From: Parvibaculum sp.
Lineage (GTDB): Bacteria; Pseudomonadota; Alphaproteobacteria; Parvibaculales; Parvibaculaceae
Direction: 5' to 3'
DNA length: 60,591 nt
Assembly: GCA_014359855.1 (NCBI GenBank)
Contig: JACIYQ010000244.1
Coordinates: 1 to 60,591 of the forward strand
Position 1 is the stretch's first letter. Each line of letters opens with the position of its first letter. Position numbers and translations under genes: made by a program. This document shows, piece after piece, positions 10,886-22,039 of this stretch. The notes beneath the pieces are model-generated. The model was not told the origin of the DNA. It was given only the letters and a program-made list of their open reading frames with translations, and did not search any database.

Positions 10886-10901
10886 AGCAAAATCCATTCC
10901 G
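10886..10901 (-). promoter_or_regulatory. sigma-54 promoter for receiver-nifO-rhodanese operon
   Basis: Minus strand CGGAATGGATTTTGCT. Confidence 0.6.
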
Positions 10902-10973
10902 TCGAGATGGCGGGTGAGAGGCGGCAAAAGCCGCAGGCGGCCTGCACGCGCCGCCGTCGCATCCGTCAATTGT

Positions 10974-11018
10974 TGTTTTGTTTCCTACAGCCTGACACGC
11001 GCTGTCGGTTTCAAAACA
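10974..11018. promoter_or_regulatory. two NifA UAS upstream of nifH
   Basis: TGTTTTGTTTCCTACA (10974-10989) and TGTCGGTTTCAAAACA (11003-11018). Confidence 0.8.
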
Positions 11019-11057
11019 TCCGTAAGCCGGCTCGGGGAACCGCCGTTTCCCGCGATA

Positions 11058-11070
11058 AATCAGGCGTTTA
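11058..11070 (+). promoter_or_regulatory. IHF-like site between UAS and nifH promoter
   Basis: AATCAGGCGTTTA matches WATCAR-N4-TTR. Confidence 0.5.
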
Positions 11071-11086
11071 GAGCCCCGCCGCGAAT

Positions 11087-11102
11087 TGGCACGCTGGTTG
11101 CT
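11087..11102 (+). promoter_or_regulatory. sigma-54 promoter of nifH
   Basis: TGGCACGCTGGTTGCT. Confidence 0.9.
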
Positions 11103-11228
11103 CTGGGGGAAAGCGGAAGGCGAGTGAGGGCTGAGTGCACGCAGACGCGCAGACGAGCGATGTGCTCCTTCCTGTAACCCGCGAGCCCCTCTCCTGGAGA
11201 GGAACAGTTCGCGCTTACCGCGCGGTAG

Positions 11229-12149
<921 letters not shown>

Positions 12150-12229
12150 GGGCCGACTTGGAATCCGGCCCCTCGCGAGAGGGGCCGGAGACCCGCCGGG
12201 ACAAACGAGATCAAGCGAGGAACACAAAA

Positions 12230-13732
12230 ATGAGTTTGACGAAAACGCAGAGCGTTGCGGAGATCAAAGCTCGCAACAAGGAATTGATCGCCGAAGTCCT
12301 GGAAGTCTATCCGGAAAAGACGGCGAAGCGGCGCGCCAAGCATCTCAACGTGCATGAAGCCGGAAAGGCCGATTGCGGCGTCAAATCGAACCTGAAATCC
12401 ATTCCGGGCGTCATGACGATCCGCGGCTGCGCCTATGCCGGCTCGAAGGGCGTGGTCTGGGGCCCGATCAAGGACATGATCCATATCAGCCACGGTCCTG
12501 TCGGCTGCGGCCAGTATTCTTGGGCGGCGCGGCGCAACTACTATATCGGCACGACCGGCATCGACACCTTCGTGACCATGCAGTTCACCTCCGATTTCCA
12601 GGAGAAGGACATCGTCTTCGGCGGCGACAAGAAACTCCTGAAGATCATGGACGAAATCCAGGAGCTCTTCCCGCTCAACAACGGCATAACGGTGCAGTCG
12701 GAATGTCCGATCGGTTTGATCGGCGACGATATCGAAGCCGTCTCCAAGGCGAAGTCGAAGGAATTCGGCGGCAAGACGATCGTTCCCGTGCGCTGCGAAG
12801 GCTTCCGCGGCGTCTCGCAATCGCTCGGCCACCACATCGCCAATGACGCGATCCGGGACTTTGTGTTCGACAAGATGGATCCCGACGCGGCGCCGAAATT
12901 CGAACCGACGCCCTATGACGTCGCGATCATCGGCGACTACAATATCGGCGGCGACGCCTGGTCGTCGCGCATCCTGCTTGAGGAAATGGGCCTGCGCGTC
13001 ATCGCCCAGTGGTCGGGTGACGGCAGCCTTGCCGAACTCGAAGCGACGCCCAAAGCGAAGCTCAACGTCCTCCATTGCTACCGCTCGATGAACTACATCT
13101 CTCGGCACATGGAAGAGAAATTCGGCATTCCGTGGTGCGAATACAACTTCTTCGGCCCGAGCAAGATCGCCGAGTCGCTGCGCAAGATCGCAAGCTATTT
13201 CGACGACAAGATCAAGGAAGGCGCCGAACGCGTCATCGCGAAGTACCAGCCGCTGATGGATGCGGTCATCGCGAAGTACCGTCCGCGCCTCGAAGGCAAG
13301 ACGGTGATGCTCTTCGTCGGCGGGCTACGTCCGCGCCATGTGATCGGCGCCTATGAAGACCTCGGCATGGAGGTCGTCGGCACGGGCTACGAATTCGGCC
13401 ACAATGACGACTATCAGCGAACGGCTCAGCACTATGTGAAGGACGGCACGCTGATCTATGACGACGTGACCGGCTACGAGTTCGAAAAATTCGTCGAAAA
13501 GATCCAGCCGGATCTCGTCGGCTCGGGCATCAAGGAAAAATACGTCTTCCAGAAGATGGGCGTGCCTTTCCGTCAGATGCATTCCTGGGACTATTCCGGC
13601 CCCTATCACGGCTATGACGGCTTCGCGATCTTCGCGCGCGACATGGACATGGCCATCAACGCGCCGATCTGGAAGATGGCGAAGACGCCCTGGAAGGGTG
13701 TCCCCAAGCCGAACCTGATCGCAGCGGATTGA
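12230..13732 (+). CDS. nifD: nitrogenase MoFe protein alpha chain
   Basis: [36 protein letters not shown]. Confidence 0.99.
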   Translation: MSLTKTQSVAEIKARNKELIAEVLEVYPEKTAKRRAKHLNVHEAGKADCGVKSNLKSIPGVMTIRGCAYAGSKGVVWGPIKDMIHISHGPVGCGQYSWAARRNYYIGTTGIDTFVTMQFTSDFQEKDIVFGGDKKLLKIMDEIQELFPLNNGITVQSECPIGLIGDDIEAVSKAKSKEFGGKTIVPVRCEGFRGVSQSLGHHIANDAIRDFVFDKMDPDAAPKFEPTPYDVAIIGDYNIGGDAWSSRILLEEMGLRVIAQWSGDGSLAELEATPKAKLNVLHCYRSMNYISRHMEEKFGIPWCEYNFFGPSKIAESLRKIASYFDDKIKEGAERVIAKYQPLMDAVIAKYRPRLEGKTVMLFVGGLRPRHVIGAYEDLGMEVVGTGYEFGHNDDYQRTAQHYVKDGTLIYDDVTGYEFEKFVEKIQPDLVGSGIKEKYVFQKMGVPFRQMHSWDYSGPYHGYDGFAIFARDMDMAINAPIWKMAKTPWKGVPKPNLIAAD

Positions 13733-13805
13733 CGCGCCGGCCGGCCCTCCTCGGCGAGGGGGGGCGGTACCGATCGAGACCACGTTTTTTGTAGAGGGCT
13801 TCATC

Positions 13806-15365
13806 ATGACACAGAACGCCGAGCATGTGCTCGATCACTTCGATCTCTTCCGCGGTCCGGAATACCAGCAGATGCTGGCAAACAAGAAGAAGATGTTTGA
13901 GAATCCGCGCGATCCGGCCGAAGTCGAGCGGGTGCGCGAATGGGCGAAGACGCCCGAATATCGCGAAAAGAATTTCGCGCGCGAGGCGTTGACGGTCAAT
14001 CCGGCCAAGGCGTGCCAGCCGCTTGGCGCGGTCTTCGCCGCCGTCGGCTTCGAGAGCACCATCCCTTTCGTTCACGGCTCGCAAGGTTGCGTCGCCTACT
14101 ACCGGAGCCACTTCTCGCGGCATTTCAAGGAGCCGAGTTCCTGCGTTTCTTCGTCGATGACGGAAGACGCGGCCGTTTTCGGCGGCCTCAACAACATGAT
14201 CGACGGGCTCGCCAACACCTACAACATGTACAAGCCCAAGATGATCGCGGTCTCGACCACCTGCATGGCCGAAGTGATCGGCGACGACCTCAATGCTTTC
14301 ATCAAGACGGCCAAGGAGAAGGGCTCGGTTCCCGAGGAATACGACGTTCCCTTTGCCCATACGCCCGCTTTCGTCGGTAGCCATGTCACCGGCTACGACA
14401 ATGTCATGAAGGGTATTCTAGAGCATTTCTGGGACGGCAAGGCCGGCACCGCGCCGAAGCTCGAACGCCAGCCGAATGAGAGCATCAATTTCATCGGCGG
14501 CTTCGACGGTTACACGGTCGGCAATCTGCGCGAGATCAAGCGCCTCCTCGGCCTGATGGGCGTCGAGCACACGATCTTGGGCGACAACAGCGACGTCTGG
14601 GATACGCCGACCGACGGCGAGTTCCGCATGTATGACGGCGGCACCACGCTGGAAGAAGCGGCAAACGCCGTTCATGCCAAGGCCACCATCTCGATGCAGG
14701 AATTCTGCACCGAAAAGACGCTGGGCCTCGCCGCCGCGCATGGACAGGAGGTCGTCGCCTTCAACCATCCGGTCGGCGTCGCCGCGACGGATCGCTTCCT
14801 GATGGAAATCGCCCGCATCACCGGAAAGGGGATTCCCGAGGAACTCGCCCGCGAGCGCGGCCGCCTCGTCGATGCGGTCGCGGACTCGAGCGCGCATATC
14901 CACGGCAAGAAATTCGCGATCTATGGCGATCCGGATCTCTGCCTCGGTCTGGCCGCCTTCCTGCTCGAACTCGGCGCCGAACCGACCCATGTCCTCGCCA
15001 CGAACGGAAGCAAGGCCTGGGCCGAAAAGGTGCAGGCACTCTTCGACAGTTCGCCTTTCGGCAAGGACTGCCACGTCTACCCGGGCAAGGATCTCTGGCA
15101 CATGCGCTCGCTGCTCTTCACCGAGCCCGTCGATTTCCTGATCGGCAATACCTACGGGAAATATCTTGAGCGCGACACGGGAACGCCGCTGATCCGCATC
15201 GGCTTCCCGATTTTCGACCGCCACCACCACCACCGCTATCCGGTGTGGGGCTATCAGGGCGCGATGAACGTGCTCGTCTGGATCCTCGACAGGATTTTCG
15301 ACGAGATCGACCGCAACACGAATGTGCCGGCGAAGACGGATTACAGCTTCGACATCATTCGCTGA
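13806..15365 (+). CDS. nifK: nitrogenase MoFe protein beta chain
   Basis: [32 protein letters not shown]. Confidence 0.99.
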   Translation: MTQNAEHVLDHFDLFRGPEYQQMLANKKKMFENPRDPAEVERVREWAKTPEYREKNFAREALTVNPAKACQPLGAVFAAVGFESTIPFVHGSQGCVAYYRSHFSRHFKEPSSCVSSSMTEDAAVFGGLNNMIDGLANTYNMYKPKMIAVSTTCMAEVIGDDLNAFIKTAKEKGSVPEEYDVPFAHTPAFVGSHVTGYDNVMKGILEHFWDGKAGTAPKLERQPNESINFIGGFDGYTVGNLREIKRLLGLMGVEHTILGDNSDVWDTPTDGEFRMYDGGTTLEEAANAVHAKATISMQEFCTEKTLGLAAAHGQEVVAFNHPVGVAATDRFLMEIARITGKGIPEELARERGRLVDAVADSSAHIHGKKFAIYGDPDLCLGLAAFLLELGAEPTHVLATNGSKAWAEKVQALFDSSPFGKDCHVYPGKDLWHMRSLLFTEPVDFLIGNTYGKYLERDTGTPLIRIGFPIFDRHHHHRYPVWGYQGAMNVLVWILDRIFDEIDRNTNVPAKTDYSFDIIR

Positions 15366-15474
15366 GCGCCTCAATTGCGACGTGGCGGTTCCGGTGGCGC
15401 GCCGGGACCGCCGACGAAGTGGCTACCCGCAAGCCAGTCAGGGTGAGTTCACCCGAAGGCAACAGGAGGGACGC

Positions 15475-17154
15475 ATGAGTTCTCTATCCGCAACCATCCA
15501 GGGCGTCTTCAACGAGCCGGGCTGCGGCAAGAATACGAACAAATCCGAAGCCGAGCGGAAAAAGGGCTGCACCAAGCAGCTTCAGCCCGGAGGCGCCGCC
15601 GGCGGCTGCGCTTTCGACGGCGCGAAGATCGCTCTGCAGCCTTTAACGGACGTCGCCCATCTCGTTCATGGGCCAATCGCCTGCGAGGGAAACTCCTGGG
15701 ACAATCGCGGCGCCAGGTCGTCCGGTTCGAATATCTGGCGGACAGGCTTTACCACCGACATCAACGAAACGGATGTTGTGTTCGGCGGCGAGAAGCGGTT
15801 GTTCAAGGCGATCAGGGAAATCATCGAGAAATACGACCCGCCGGCCGTCTTCGTCTATCAGACCTGCGTGCCGGCGATGATCGGCGACGACATCAACGCG
15901 GTGTGCAAGGCGGCGCGGGAGAAATTCGGCAAGCCGGTGATCCCGATCAACTCACCGGGTTTCGTCGGTCCGAAGAATCTCGGGAACAAGCTGGCGGGCG
16001 AAGCGATCCTCGATCATGTGATCGGCACCGAGGAGCCGGACTACACGACGCCTTACGACATCAACATCATCGGCGAATACAATCTTTCCGGTGAGTTGTG
16101 GCAGGTGAAGCCGCTTCTCGACGAACTTGGCATCCGGATTCTCTCCTGCCTCTCGGGAGATGGGAAATATCGCGAGGTTGCCTATTCGCATCGTGCGCGC
16201 GCCGCGATGATGGTCTGCTCCAAGGCCATGATCAATGTCGCGCGCAAGATGGAGGAGCGCTACGGCATTCCCTTCTTCGAAGGCTCGTTCTACGGCATCG
16301 GCGACACGAGCGACTCCCTTCGCGAGATTTCGAGACTGTTGGTCGAACGCGGTGCTCCCGATGAATTGCTGGGGAGGACGGAAGCTCTGATCGCACGCGA
16401 GGAAGCGCGCGCCTGGGCCGCCATCGAGCCTTACAAGCCGCGCTTCAAGGGCAAGAAGGTTCTGCTTATTACCGGCGGCGTCAAATCCTGGTCGGTGGTC
16501 GCGGCGTTGCAGGAGGCGGGGCTCGAACTCGTCGGCACGAGCGTCAAGAAATCGACCAGGGAAGACAAGGAGAAGATCAAGGAACTGATGGGTCAGGACG
16601 CCCATATGATCGAGGACATGACGCCGCGCGAAATGTACAAGATGCTGAAGGATGCGCGGGCCGACATCATGTTGTCGGGTGGACGCTCGCAATTCGTGGC
16701 CCTGAAGGCGGCGATGCCCTGGCTCGACATCAATCAGGAGCGTCATCACGCCTATATGGGATATGTCGGCATGGTGGAACTCGTCCGCCAGATCGATAAG
16801 GCGCTCTATAACCCGATCTGGGAGCAGGTGCGGAGAGCCGCTCCGTGGGATGATGCGTCGCAGAGCTGGCAGGCCAGGGCCATCGCGCAGATGGACGCGG
16901 AAGCGGCGACGCTCGCCGCCGATCCCGAGCGCGCGGAAGCCGTTCGCCGGGCAAGGAAAATCTGCAATTGCAAAAGCGTCGACCTCGGCACCATCGAGGA
17001 TGCCATCGCGGCGCATGGGCTGACGATGGTTGAAAGCGTCAGGGAGCATACCGAGGCCTCGGGCGGCTGCGGCGCCTGTACGGAGCGTATCGAAGGCGTC
17101 ATCGCTTCGTTGTCGGCAAAGATGAAGCCCGCGGCGCTCGTGGCGGCGGAGTGA
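15475..17154 (+). CDS. nifE: FeMo-co scaffold NifE with C-terminal BFD-like [2Fe-2S] domain
   Basis: [22 protein letters not shown]; tail ICNCKSV...GGCGAC. Confidence 0.96.
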   Translation: MSSLSATIQGVFNEPGCGKNTNKSEAERKKGCTKQLQPGGAAGGCAFDGAKIALQPLTDVAHLVHGPIACEGNSWDNRGARSSGSNIWRTGFTTDINETDVVFGGEKRLFKAIREIIEKYDPPAVFVYQTCVPAMIGDDINAVCKAAREKFGKPVIPINSPGFVGPKNLGNKLAGEAILDHVIGTEEPDYTTPYDINIIGEYNLSGELWQVKPLLDELGIRILSCLSGDGKYREVAYSHRARAAMMVCSKAMINVARKMEERYGIPFFEGSFYGIGDTSDSLREISRLLVERGAPDELLGRTEALIAREEARAWAAIEPYKPRFKGKKVLLITGGVKSWSVVAALQEAGLELVGTSVKKSTREDKEKIKELMGQDAHMIEDMTPREMYKMLKDARADIMLSGGRSQFVALKAAMPWLDINQERHHAYMGYVGMVELVRQIDKALYNPIWEQVRRAAPWDDASQSWQARAIAQMDAEAATLAADPERAEAVRRARKICNCKSVDLGTIEDAIAAHGLTMVESVREHTEASGGCGACTERIEGVIASLSAKMKPAALVAAE

Positions 17155-17158
17155 GACC

Positions 17159-18547
17159 ATGGCGGTCGTGACCACCGGCAAGAAGGCCTGCACTGTCAAC
17201 CCGCTGAAAATGAGCCAGCCGATCGGCGGGGCGCTCGCCTTCATGGGCCTGCGCGGTGCGATGCCTCTGCTGCACGGCTCGCAGGGCTGCACTTCCTTCG
17301 GCCTCGTTCTCTTCGTCCGTCATTTCAAGGAGGCGATCCCGCTGCAAACGACGGCGATGAGCGAAGTCGCCACCGTGCTCGGCGGCTTCGAGAATGTCGA
17401 GCAGGCAATCGTCAACATCTACAACCGTACCAAGGCCGAAGTGATCGGCATTTGTTCGACCGGCGTCACGGAGACCAAGGGCGACGATGTCGAAGGCTAT
17501 ATCCGGCTCGTCCGCGAGAAGCATCCGGAGCTTGATAAACTCGCGCTTGTTTATGTGTCGACACCCGACTTTGAAGACGCCTTTCAGGATGGATGGCGCA
17601 AGACCGTCGCCCGGATGATCGATGTTCTGGTCGAAAAGCCTGCGGAAGGCGCACGCCGTGATCCGGCCCGTGTCAACGTCCTGCCGGGTTGCCACCTGAC
17701 CCCGGGCGATCTCGGCGAATTGCGGACGATGATCGAGGATTTCGGTCTCGTGCCGACTTTCCTTCCCGATCTCGCGGGCTCGCTCGACGGTCACATTCCG
17801 GAGGAATTCACGCCGACGACGATCGGCGGAACGGGCGTCGAGGAAGTCGCGGCCATGGGTCTTTCGTCATGGACCATCGCGATCGGCGAACAGATGCGTC
17901 TTGCGGTGGAAACGATGGAGAGGCGCACCGGCGTTCCTTTCAGGCTCTTCGACAGGCTCTGCGGGCTCGCGCCGAATGACGACTTCATGATGTTCCTGAG
18001 CGAGATCAGCGGAAGGCCCGTTCCGCTGAAATATCGCCGTGCGCGTGGACAACTCGTCGATGCGATGCTCGACGGCCATTTTCATCTTGGCGGGCGGAAG
18101 CTCGCCATCGGCGCCGAGCCCGACCTCCTGTTCGATGTAAGCGGCATGCTTCACGAAATGGGTGTGGAGGTGACGGCGGCGGTGACGACGGCACAATCTC
18201 CCGTGCTTGAGCGGGTCGCCGCCGAAGAAGTTCTCATCGGCGATCTCGAAGACCTCGAAACGCTCGCGAAGGCGAGGGGCTGCGATCTCCTGATTACGCA
18301 TTCGCATGGCCGCCAGGCCGCCGCACGGCTTGGCATTCCCTTCTTCCGCATGGGCCTTCCCATGTTCGATCGGCTCGGTGCCGGGCATCTCGTCTCGGTC
18401 GGCTATTGCGGCACCAGGGATTTGATCTTCGACATCGCCAATCTGCTCATCGCCGACGGCGAGCTTAATCACGAGCCGACGCCGGATAGCTGGCGCCTGG
18501 CGGGTGAACCGTCCGCCGATGCGGTCGAAGCCGTGGTCGGTCACTAA
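17159..18547 (+). CDS. nifN: FeMo-co scaffold NifN
   Basis: VNPLKMSQPIGG, HGSQGCTSF, EAIPLQTTAM. Confidence 0.96.
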   Translation: MAVVTTGKKACTVNPLKMSQPIGGALAFMGLRGAMPLLHGSQGCTSFGLVLFVRHFKEAIPLQTTAMSEVATVLGGFENVEQAIVNIYNRTKAEVIGICSTGVTETKGDDVEGYIRLVREKHPELDKLALVYVSTPDFEDAFQDGWRKTVARMIDVLVEKPAEGARRDPARVNVLPGCHLTPGDLGELRTMIEDFGLVPTFLPDLAGSLDGHIPEEFTPTTIGGTGVEEVAAMGLSSWTIAIGEQMRLAVETMERRTGVPFRLFDRLCGLAPNDDFMMFLSEISGRPVPLKYRRARGQLVDAMLDGHFHLGGRKLAIGAEPDLLFDVSGMLHEMGVEVTAAVTTAQSPVLERVAAEEVLIGDLEDLETLAKARGCDLLITHSHGRQAAARLGIPFFRMGLPMFDRLGAGHLVSVGYCGTRDLIFDIANLLIADGELNHEPTPDSWRLAGEPSADAVEAVVGH

Positions 18548-18569
18548 CCGAAAGTTGAGGTGCAGGCGC

Positions 18570-18965
18570 ATGAAAATCGCATTCGCGACGCAGGACCTGA
18601 AACGGGTCGATGCGCATTTCGGCTGGGCGCGGAATATCGCCATCTACGACGTCGGTCCGGAGGGGCATCGTTTCGTCGAAGCCGTCGAGTTCTCCGGCGA
18701 CCTCCAGGAAGACGGCAACGAAGACAAGCTCGCCCCGAAGATCGAGGCGATCAAGGACTGCGCCATTCTCTATGTCGCGGCCATAGGCGGCTCCGGTGCG
18801 GCGCGCGTCGTCGCGAGCAATATCCATCCGATGAAGGTGAACCAGCCGGAGGAGATCGCCGATCTTCTCGCGAAAATCGAGGACGTGCTGAAGGGAACGC
18901 CGCCGCCATGGCTCCGCAAGGCCATGCTGAAGGGGCAGGAGAGAACCATCGACTTCGACGAATGA
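18570..18965 (+). CDS. nifX: NifX
   Basis: MKIAFATQD...VDAHFGWA...PPPWLRKAM. Confidence 0.93.
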   Translation: MKIAFATQDLKRVDAHFGWARNIAIYDVGPEGHRFVEAVEFSGDLQEDGNEDKLAPKIEAIKDCAILYVAAIGGSGAARVVASNIHPMKVNQPEEIADLLAKIEDVLKGTPPPWLRKAMLKGQERTIDFDE

Positions 18966-18973
18966 GGAACGAC

Positions 18974-19444
18974 ATGTCTGAAGTGGCCGAGCCTATCGAG
19001 CGCGATCCGGCGGCGGATGCGCCTTTCATCAAGGAACTCGTCAAGGTCTGGCGGGCGCAGGATTCTCACGGTGCCTGGGAAGGCAAGGCCGATCTGGAGG
19101 TGCTCGCTCCCTATATCGTCGACAAGCATAAGCGGCGTGAACTGCCCATCATCGGCGATCCGGACCCCGAGACGATCTGGCATCTCGAACTCTTCTTCAA
19201 CACCATCGCCCTGTGCATCGAGCGCGCGACGGGTGTGATGGTCTCGCCGATGCTGAAGATGAGCCATGAAGGTTTCGGTCGCATGGTGCTCATCGGCGGG
19301 CGGCTGATCGTCGTCAACAAGCAGTTGCGCGATGTCCATCGCTTCGGCTTCGACAATTTCGGAAAGCTCGCCGAAGAGGGCGACAAATACATCAGGGCCG
19401 GAATCGAGATGATCGAGAAGTTTCCGGATGTTGCGAAATATTGA
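18974..19444 (+). CDS. NifX-associated protein (DUF269 type)
   Basis: [32 protein letters not shown]. Confidence 0.85.
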   Translation: MSEVAEPIERDPAADAPFIKELVKVWRAQDSHGAWEGKADLEVLAPYIVDKHKRRELPIIGDPDPETIWHLELFFNTIALCIERATGVMVSPMLKMSHEGFGRMVLIGGRLIVVNKQLRDVHRFGFDNFGKLAEEGDKYIRAGIEMIEKFPDVAKY

Positions 19445-19454
19445 GGCGGTGGTC

Positions 19455-19655
19455 ATGGGCGATGTGGACACGTTGAAGGCCGAGATCAGGAAACTTTCAG
19501 CCAAGGCGATGCAGGCCAAGATGGATATGCACGATCTTTCCGAGGAATTGCCGGTCAACTGGCCGACGATCATGGATGTCGCCCGGCGAACGCATGATGC
19601 TTTCGCCGAACTGGAGCAGAAGCGCGCCAGGCTGAAGGAACTCGAGAGCGCCTGA
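19455..19655 (+). CDS. small Rop-like nif protein (CCE_0567 type)
   Basis: KMDMHDLSEELPVNW. Confidence 0.8.
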   Translation: MGDVDTLKAEIRKLSAKAMQAKMDMHDLSEELPVNWPTIMDVARRTHDAFAELEQKRARLKELESA

Positions 19656-19679
19656 CTACGCGAAGGACAATCAACCATC

Positions 19680-19979
19680 ATGCCTCATTCAACGCGCGAC
19701 GGACGGCTTTGGAAACCTGAGTTTCTTCTGGCGATCAATCCGGAAAAATGCATCGGCTGCGGGCGTTGCTACAAGGTCTGCGGCCGCGATGTGATGACCC
19801 TCAAGGGTATAAACGACGACGGAGAGCTCATCGACCTCGACGACGATGACGATGACGAGATCGAGAAGAAGGTCATGGTGATGAACGACGAGGGCGCCTG
19901 CATCGGCTGTGGCGCCTGCGCACGCGTGTGTCCGACCAATTGCCAGACGCACGCTCGCGCGACGGTCGAAGCAGCCTGA
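19680..19979 (+). CDS. fdxB: nif-specific ferredoxin III, 2[4Fe-4S]
   Basis: CIGCGRCYKVC, acidic insert, CIGCGACARVCP. Confidence 0.9.
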   Translation: MPHSTRDGRLWKPEFLLAINPEKCIGCGRCYKVCGRDVMTLKGINDDGELIDLDDDDDDEIEKKVMVMNDEGACIGCGACARVCPTNCQTHARATVEAA

Positions 19980-19990
19980 CGGGAAACGGG

Positions 19991-20608
19991 ATGGAGCCGG
20001 AAGAGGCCTATCGACGGTTGGTGGAAAATGCGGATTCGTCGACCTTCGACGACTTCGACATTCACGTCGCGGCCGCCATCATCGCGCTTGCACTGAGCGA
20101 GGCCCGACCCGACGGCCGGACCTTATGCGACTGTGTCGGGCTCGACGGCCGCGATCTTGTCATGCTCGTCGCCGAGATGTTTCCGGGTGCGCTCGTAGAC
20201 TTTGAAGAATGTGCGGCCCTCGCGACGACGATCGACGAGGAGGAGCGGCCGCTAAGGGACATCCTCTGGATGTATTCCACCGGTGCGACCCGGCTGCAGC
20301 GTCACCTCACCGCGATGATCGCGCGGCGCTGCGGACGCCCTCATCATCTCTGGCAGGATCTCGGCCTCAACGACCGCAGCGAGCTGTCACGCCTCATGAA
20401 GCGCCATTTCGCGCGCCTCGCCGAGAAGAACGAGCATGACATGAAGTGGAAGAAATTTCTCTATCGGCTGGTGTGCCGGTCGGAAGGCTTCACCCTCTGT
20501 TCGGCGCCGGTCTGCTCGGAATGCGACGATTTCAGCGCCTGCTTCGGGGCAGAGGACGGTGAAGCCCTGCTCGCCCGGCTGCGCAATGGCCGCGAGGCGA
20601 TTGCCTGA
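19991..20608 (+). CDS. nifQ: molybdenum donor NifQ
   Basis: HLWQDLGL, MKWKKFLY, CSAPVCSECDDFSACFG. Confidence 0.92.
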   Translation: MEPEEAYRRLVENADSSTFDDFDIHVAAAIIALALSEARPDGRTLCDCVGLDGRDLVMLVAEMFPGALVDFEECAALATTIDEEERPLRDILWMYSTGATRLQRHLTAMIARRCGRPHHLWQDLGLNDRSELSRLMKRHFARLAEKNEHDMKWKKFLYRLVCRSEGFTLCSAPVCSECDDFSACFGAEDGEALLARLRNGREAIA

Positions 20609-20611
20609 CTT

Positions 20612-20929
20612 CTATTCGATACCCTGATCGCGTGCCTTCCACAAGGCGGCGATGCGGAAGCGCTCGTTGATGGCGGCGGGACTCGCAAGAATGGCGGCTT
20701 CGGCCTCCGCGAAGGCGGTTTCAACGATTCCAGCCTCTTCGCGCGTCAGCGCGACACGTCCGGCCATATGCGTCGCCTCCGGCAAGACCTTCAGGATGGC
20801 CGGTCGTCTGGGATGCTGGCTCACGTCGATCAGTTCGAAAGCCTCGATCTGGCCGTCGAGAAGGATGGCGCGCCCCGCCACTTCGAGCTTGCGTCCGTCC
20901 CGGGTATGTTTCACGAGCTTGGCCATCAT
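20612..20929 (-). CDS. hypothetical protein
   Basis: 105 aa ORF with RBS-like AAAGGCAGG; no motif recognised. Confidence 0.65.
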   Translation of the reverse strand: MMAKLVKHTRDGRKLEVAGRAILLDGQIEAFELIDVSQHPRRPAILKVLPEATHMAGRVALTREEAGIVETAFAEAEAAILASPAAINERFRIAALWKARDQGIE

Positions 20930-20956
20930 TGCCTGCCTTTCTCACGATGAGTTCGC

Positions 20957-20990
20957 TGTCGGAAGTCGGACATCTGTCGGCAATCCAACA
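20957..20990. promoter_or_regulatory. tandem NifA-type UAS pair
   Basis: TGTCGGAAGTCGGACA and TGTCGGCAATCCAACA. Confidence 0.6.
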
Positions 20991-21019
20991 TGGGCCGCGG
21001 CGTATCTCTATCGGGTTTT

Positions 21020-21478
21020 TCAGAGTCTCGCCGGAAGAGGAAAGCCCGAGCGCGGCTTCGTTTCGTAATAATCCGGCCTTTCCGGCCAGCTTCCTTCGGC
21101 CTTGAACCTGAATTCCGTGATGCGCACCGGCGCGCCCTGCGAGCAGGAAACCTCGGCGAATTTGATCTCGCGGTCGCCGGGGCCAGCCGAAAAATCGCCC
21201 AGCACAGTGCCCGCCGCCGTGCGGACGCGTGCGAATCCCGGCGTGCCGACGCTGCTCGCGGCTACGGGATTGGCGGCAAACCGCGGCATTTCGAGGTCGT
21301 CCGCCGTTTCGCCGAAAGCGGGCGAGGCGAATGTAAAGCTTGCGAGAGTGGTGCTGCGATCCACGGGGCTGTCTGCGGTGACGGGTCGCGCGACCGAATA
21401 GACGGTGAGGCTTCCGCCGGCGAGCAGTTCCCTGATTTCGTCGAGGCTGCGATTTTCAAAGGCCTGTGCGATGTTCAT
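21020..21478 (-). CDS. hypothetical beta-rich protein, resembles phage structural-type proteins
   Basis: LTVYSVARPVTADS...LASFTFASPAF...GTPGFARV...GAPVRITEF; GGGAG RBS. Confidence 0.65.
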   Translation of the reverse strand: MNIAQAFENRSLDEIRELLAGGSLTVYSVARPVTADSPVDRSTTLASFTFASPAFGETADDLEMPRFAANPVAASSVGTPGFARVRTAAGTVLGDFSAGPGDREIKFAEVSCSQGAPVRITEFRFKAEGSWPERPDYYETKPRSGFPLPARL

Positions 21479-21515
21479 CTGGAAACTCCCTGCGCTGACA
21501 TGGTCCTCGCGAACC

Positions 21516-21531
21516 ATCAAGTTTCGTGCCA
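21516..21531 (-). promoter_or_regulatory. sigma-54 promoter with GA at -12
   Basis: Minus strand TGGCACGAAACTTGAT. Confidence 0.55.
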
Positions 21532-21616
21532 GTCACGTATGTCCGATGGAGGGGGTCCGTTCTGCGCGAATCTTGCAGGGAGCAAGGCGGCAAGGCGCCC
21601 CGATGGAGCAGGCAGG

Positions 21617-22027
21617 ATGGAACGCAACGTCGCCTATGTGATCTGCGAACTGAATGACATTCCGAGCCGGAGGGCGCGTGGCTTTCACCTCATGCGGGTC
21701 GGCGAGGGCGGCACAAGGCGCCCCTGGCCCATCGTCGTCGTGCGCTGGGGCAAGCAGGTGCTCGGCTATGTCAACAAGTGCCCCCATAACGAGGTTCCGC
21801 TCGACTGGGAGCGCAACCAGTTTCTCGATCCGAACAACGGAACGAGGCTGATGTGCGGCAAGCATGGCGCGCTGTTCGATCTCGCAGACGGACTCTGCGT
21901 CGACGGGCCTTGCATGGGGCAGCGCCTGGAACCGGTTCTCCTCCGCGTCATCGACGGCGACATCTGCCTTTCGGGCGTGACGCTGGTCGAGGACGACGAG
22001 GTTCTTCCGGACGAGGAGGACGCCTGA
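21617..22027 (+). CDS. Rieske [2Fe-2S] ferredoxin
   Basis: NKCPHN...MCGKHGALFD...GPC. Confidence 0.88.
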   Translation: MERNVAYVICELNDIPSRRARGFHLMRVGEGGTRRPWPIVVVRWGKQVLGYVNKCPHNEVPLDWERNQFLDPNNGTRLMCGKHGALFDLADGLCVDGPCMGQRLEPVLLRVIDGDICLSGVTLVEDDEVLPDEEDA

Positions 22028-22039
22028 CGCGGCGGCGCC

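Noticed and set aside
21561-21577. Sigma-54 promoter for the Rieske gene (TGCGCGAATCTTGCA)
   Set aside because: Lacks the invariant GG at -24.
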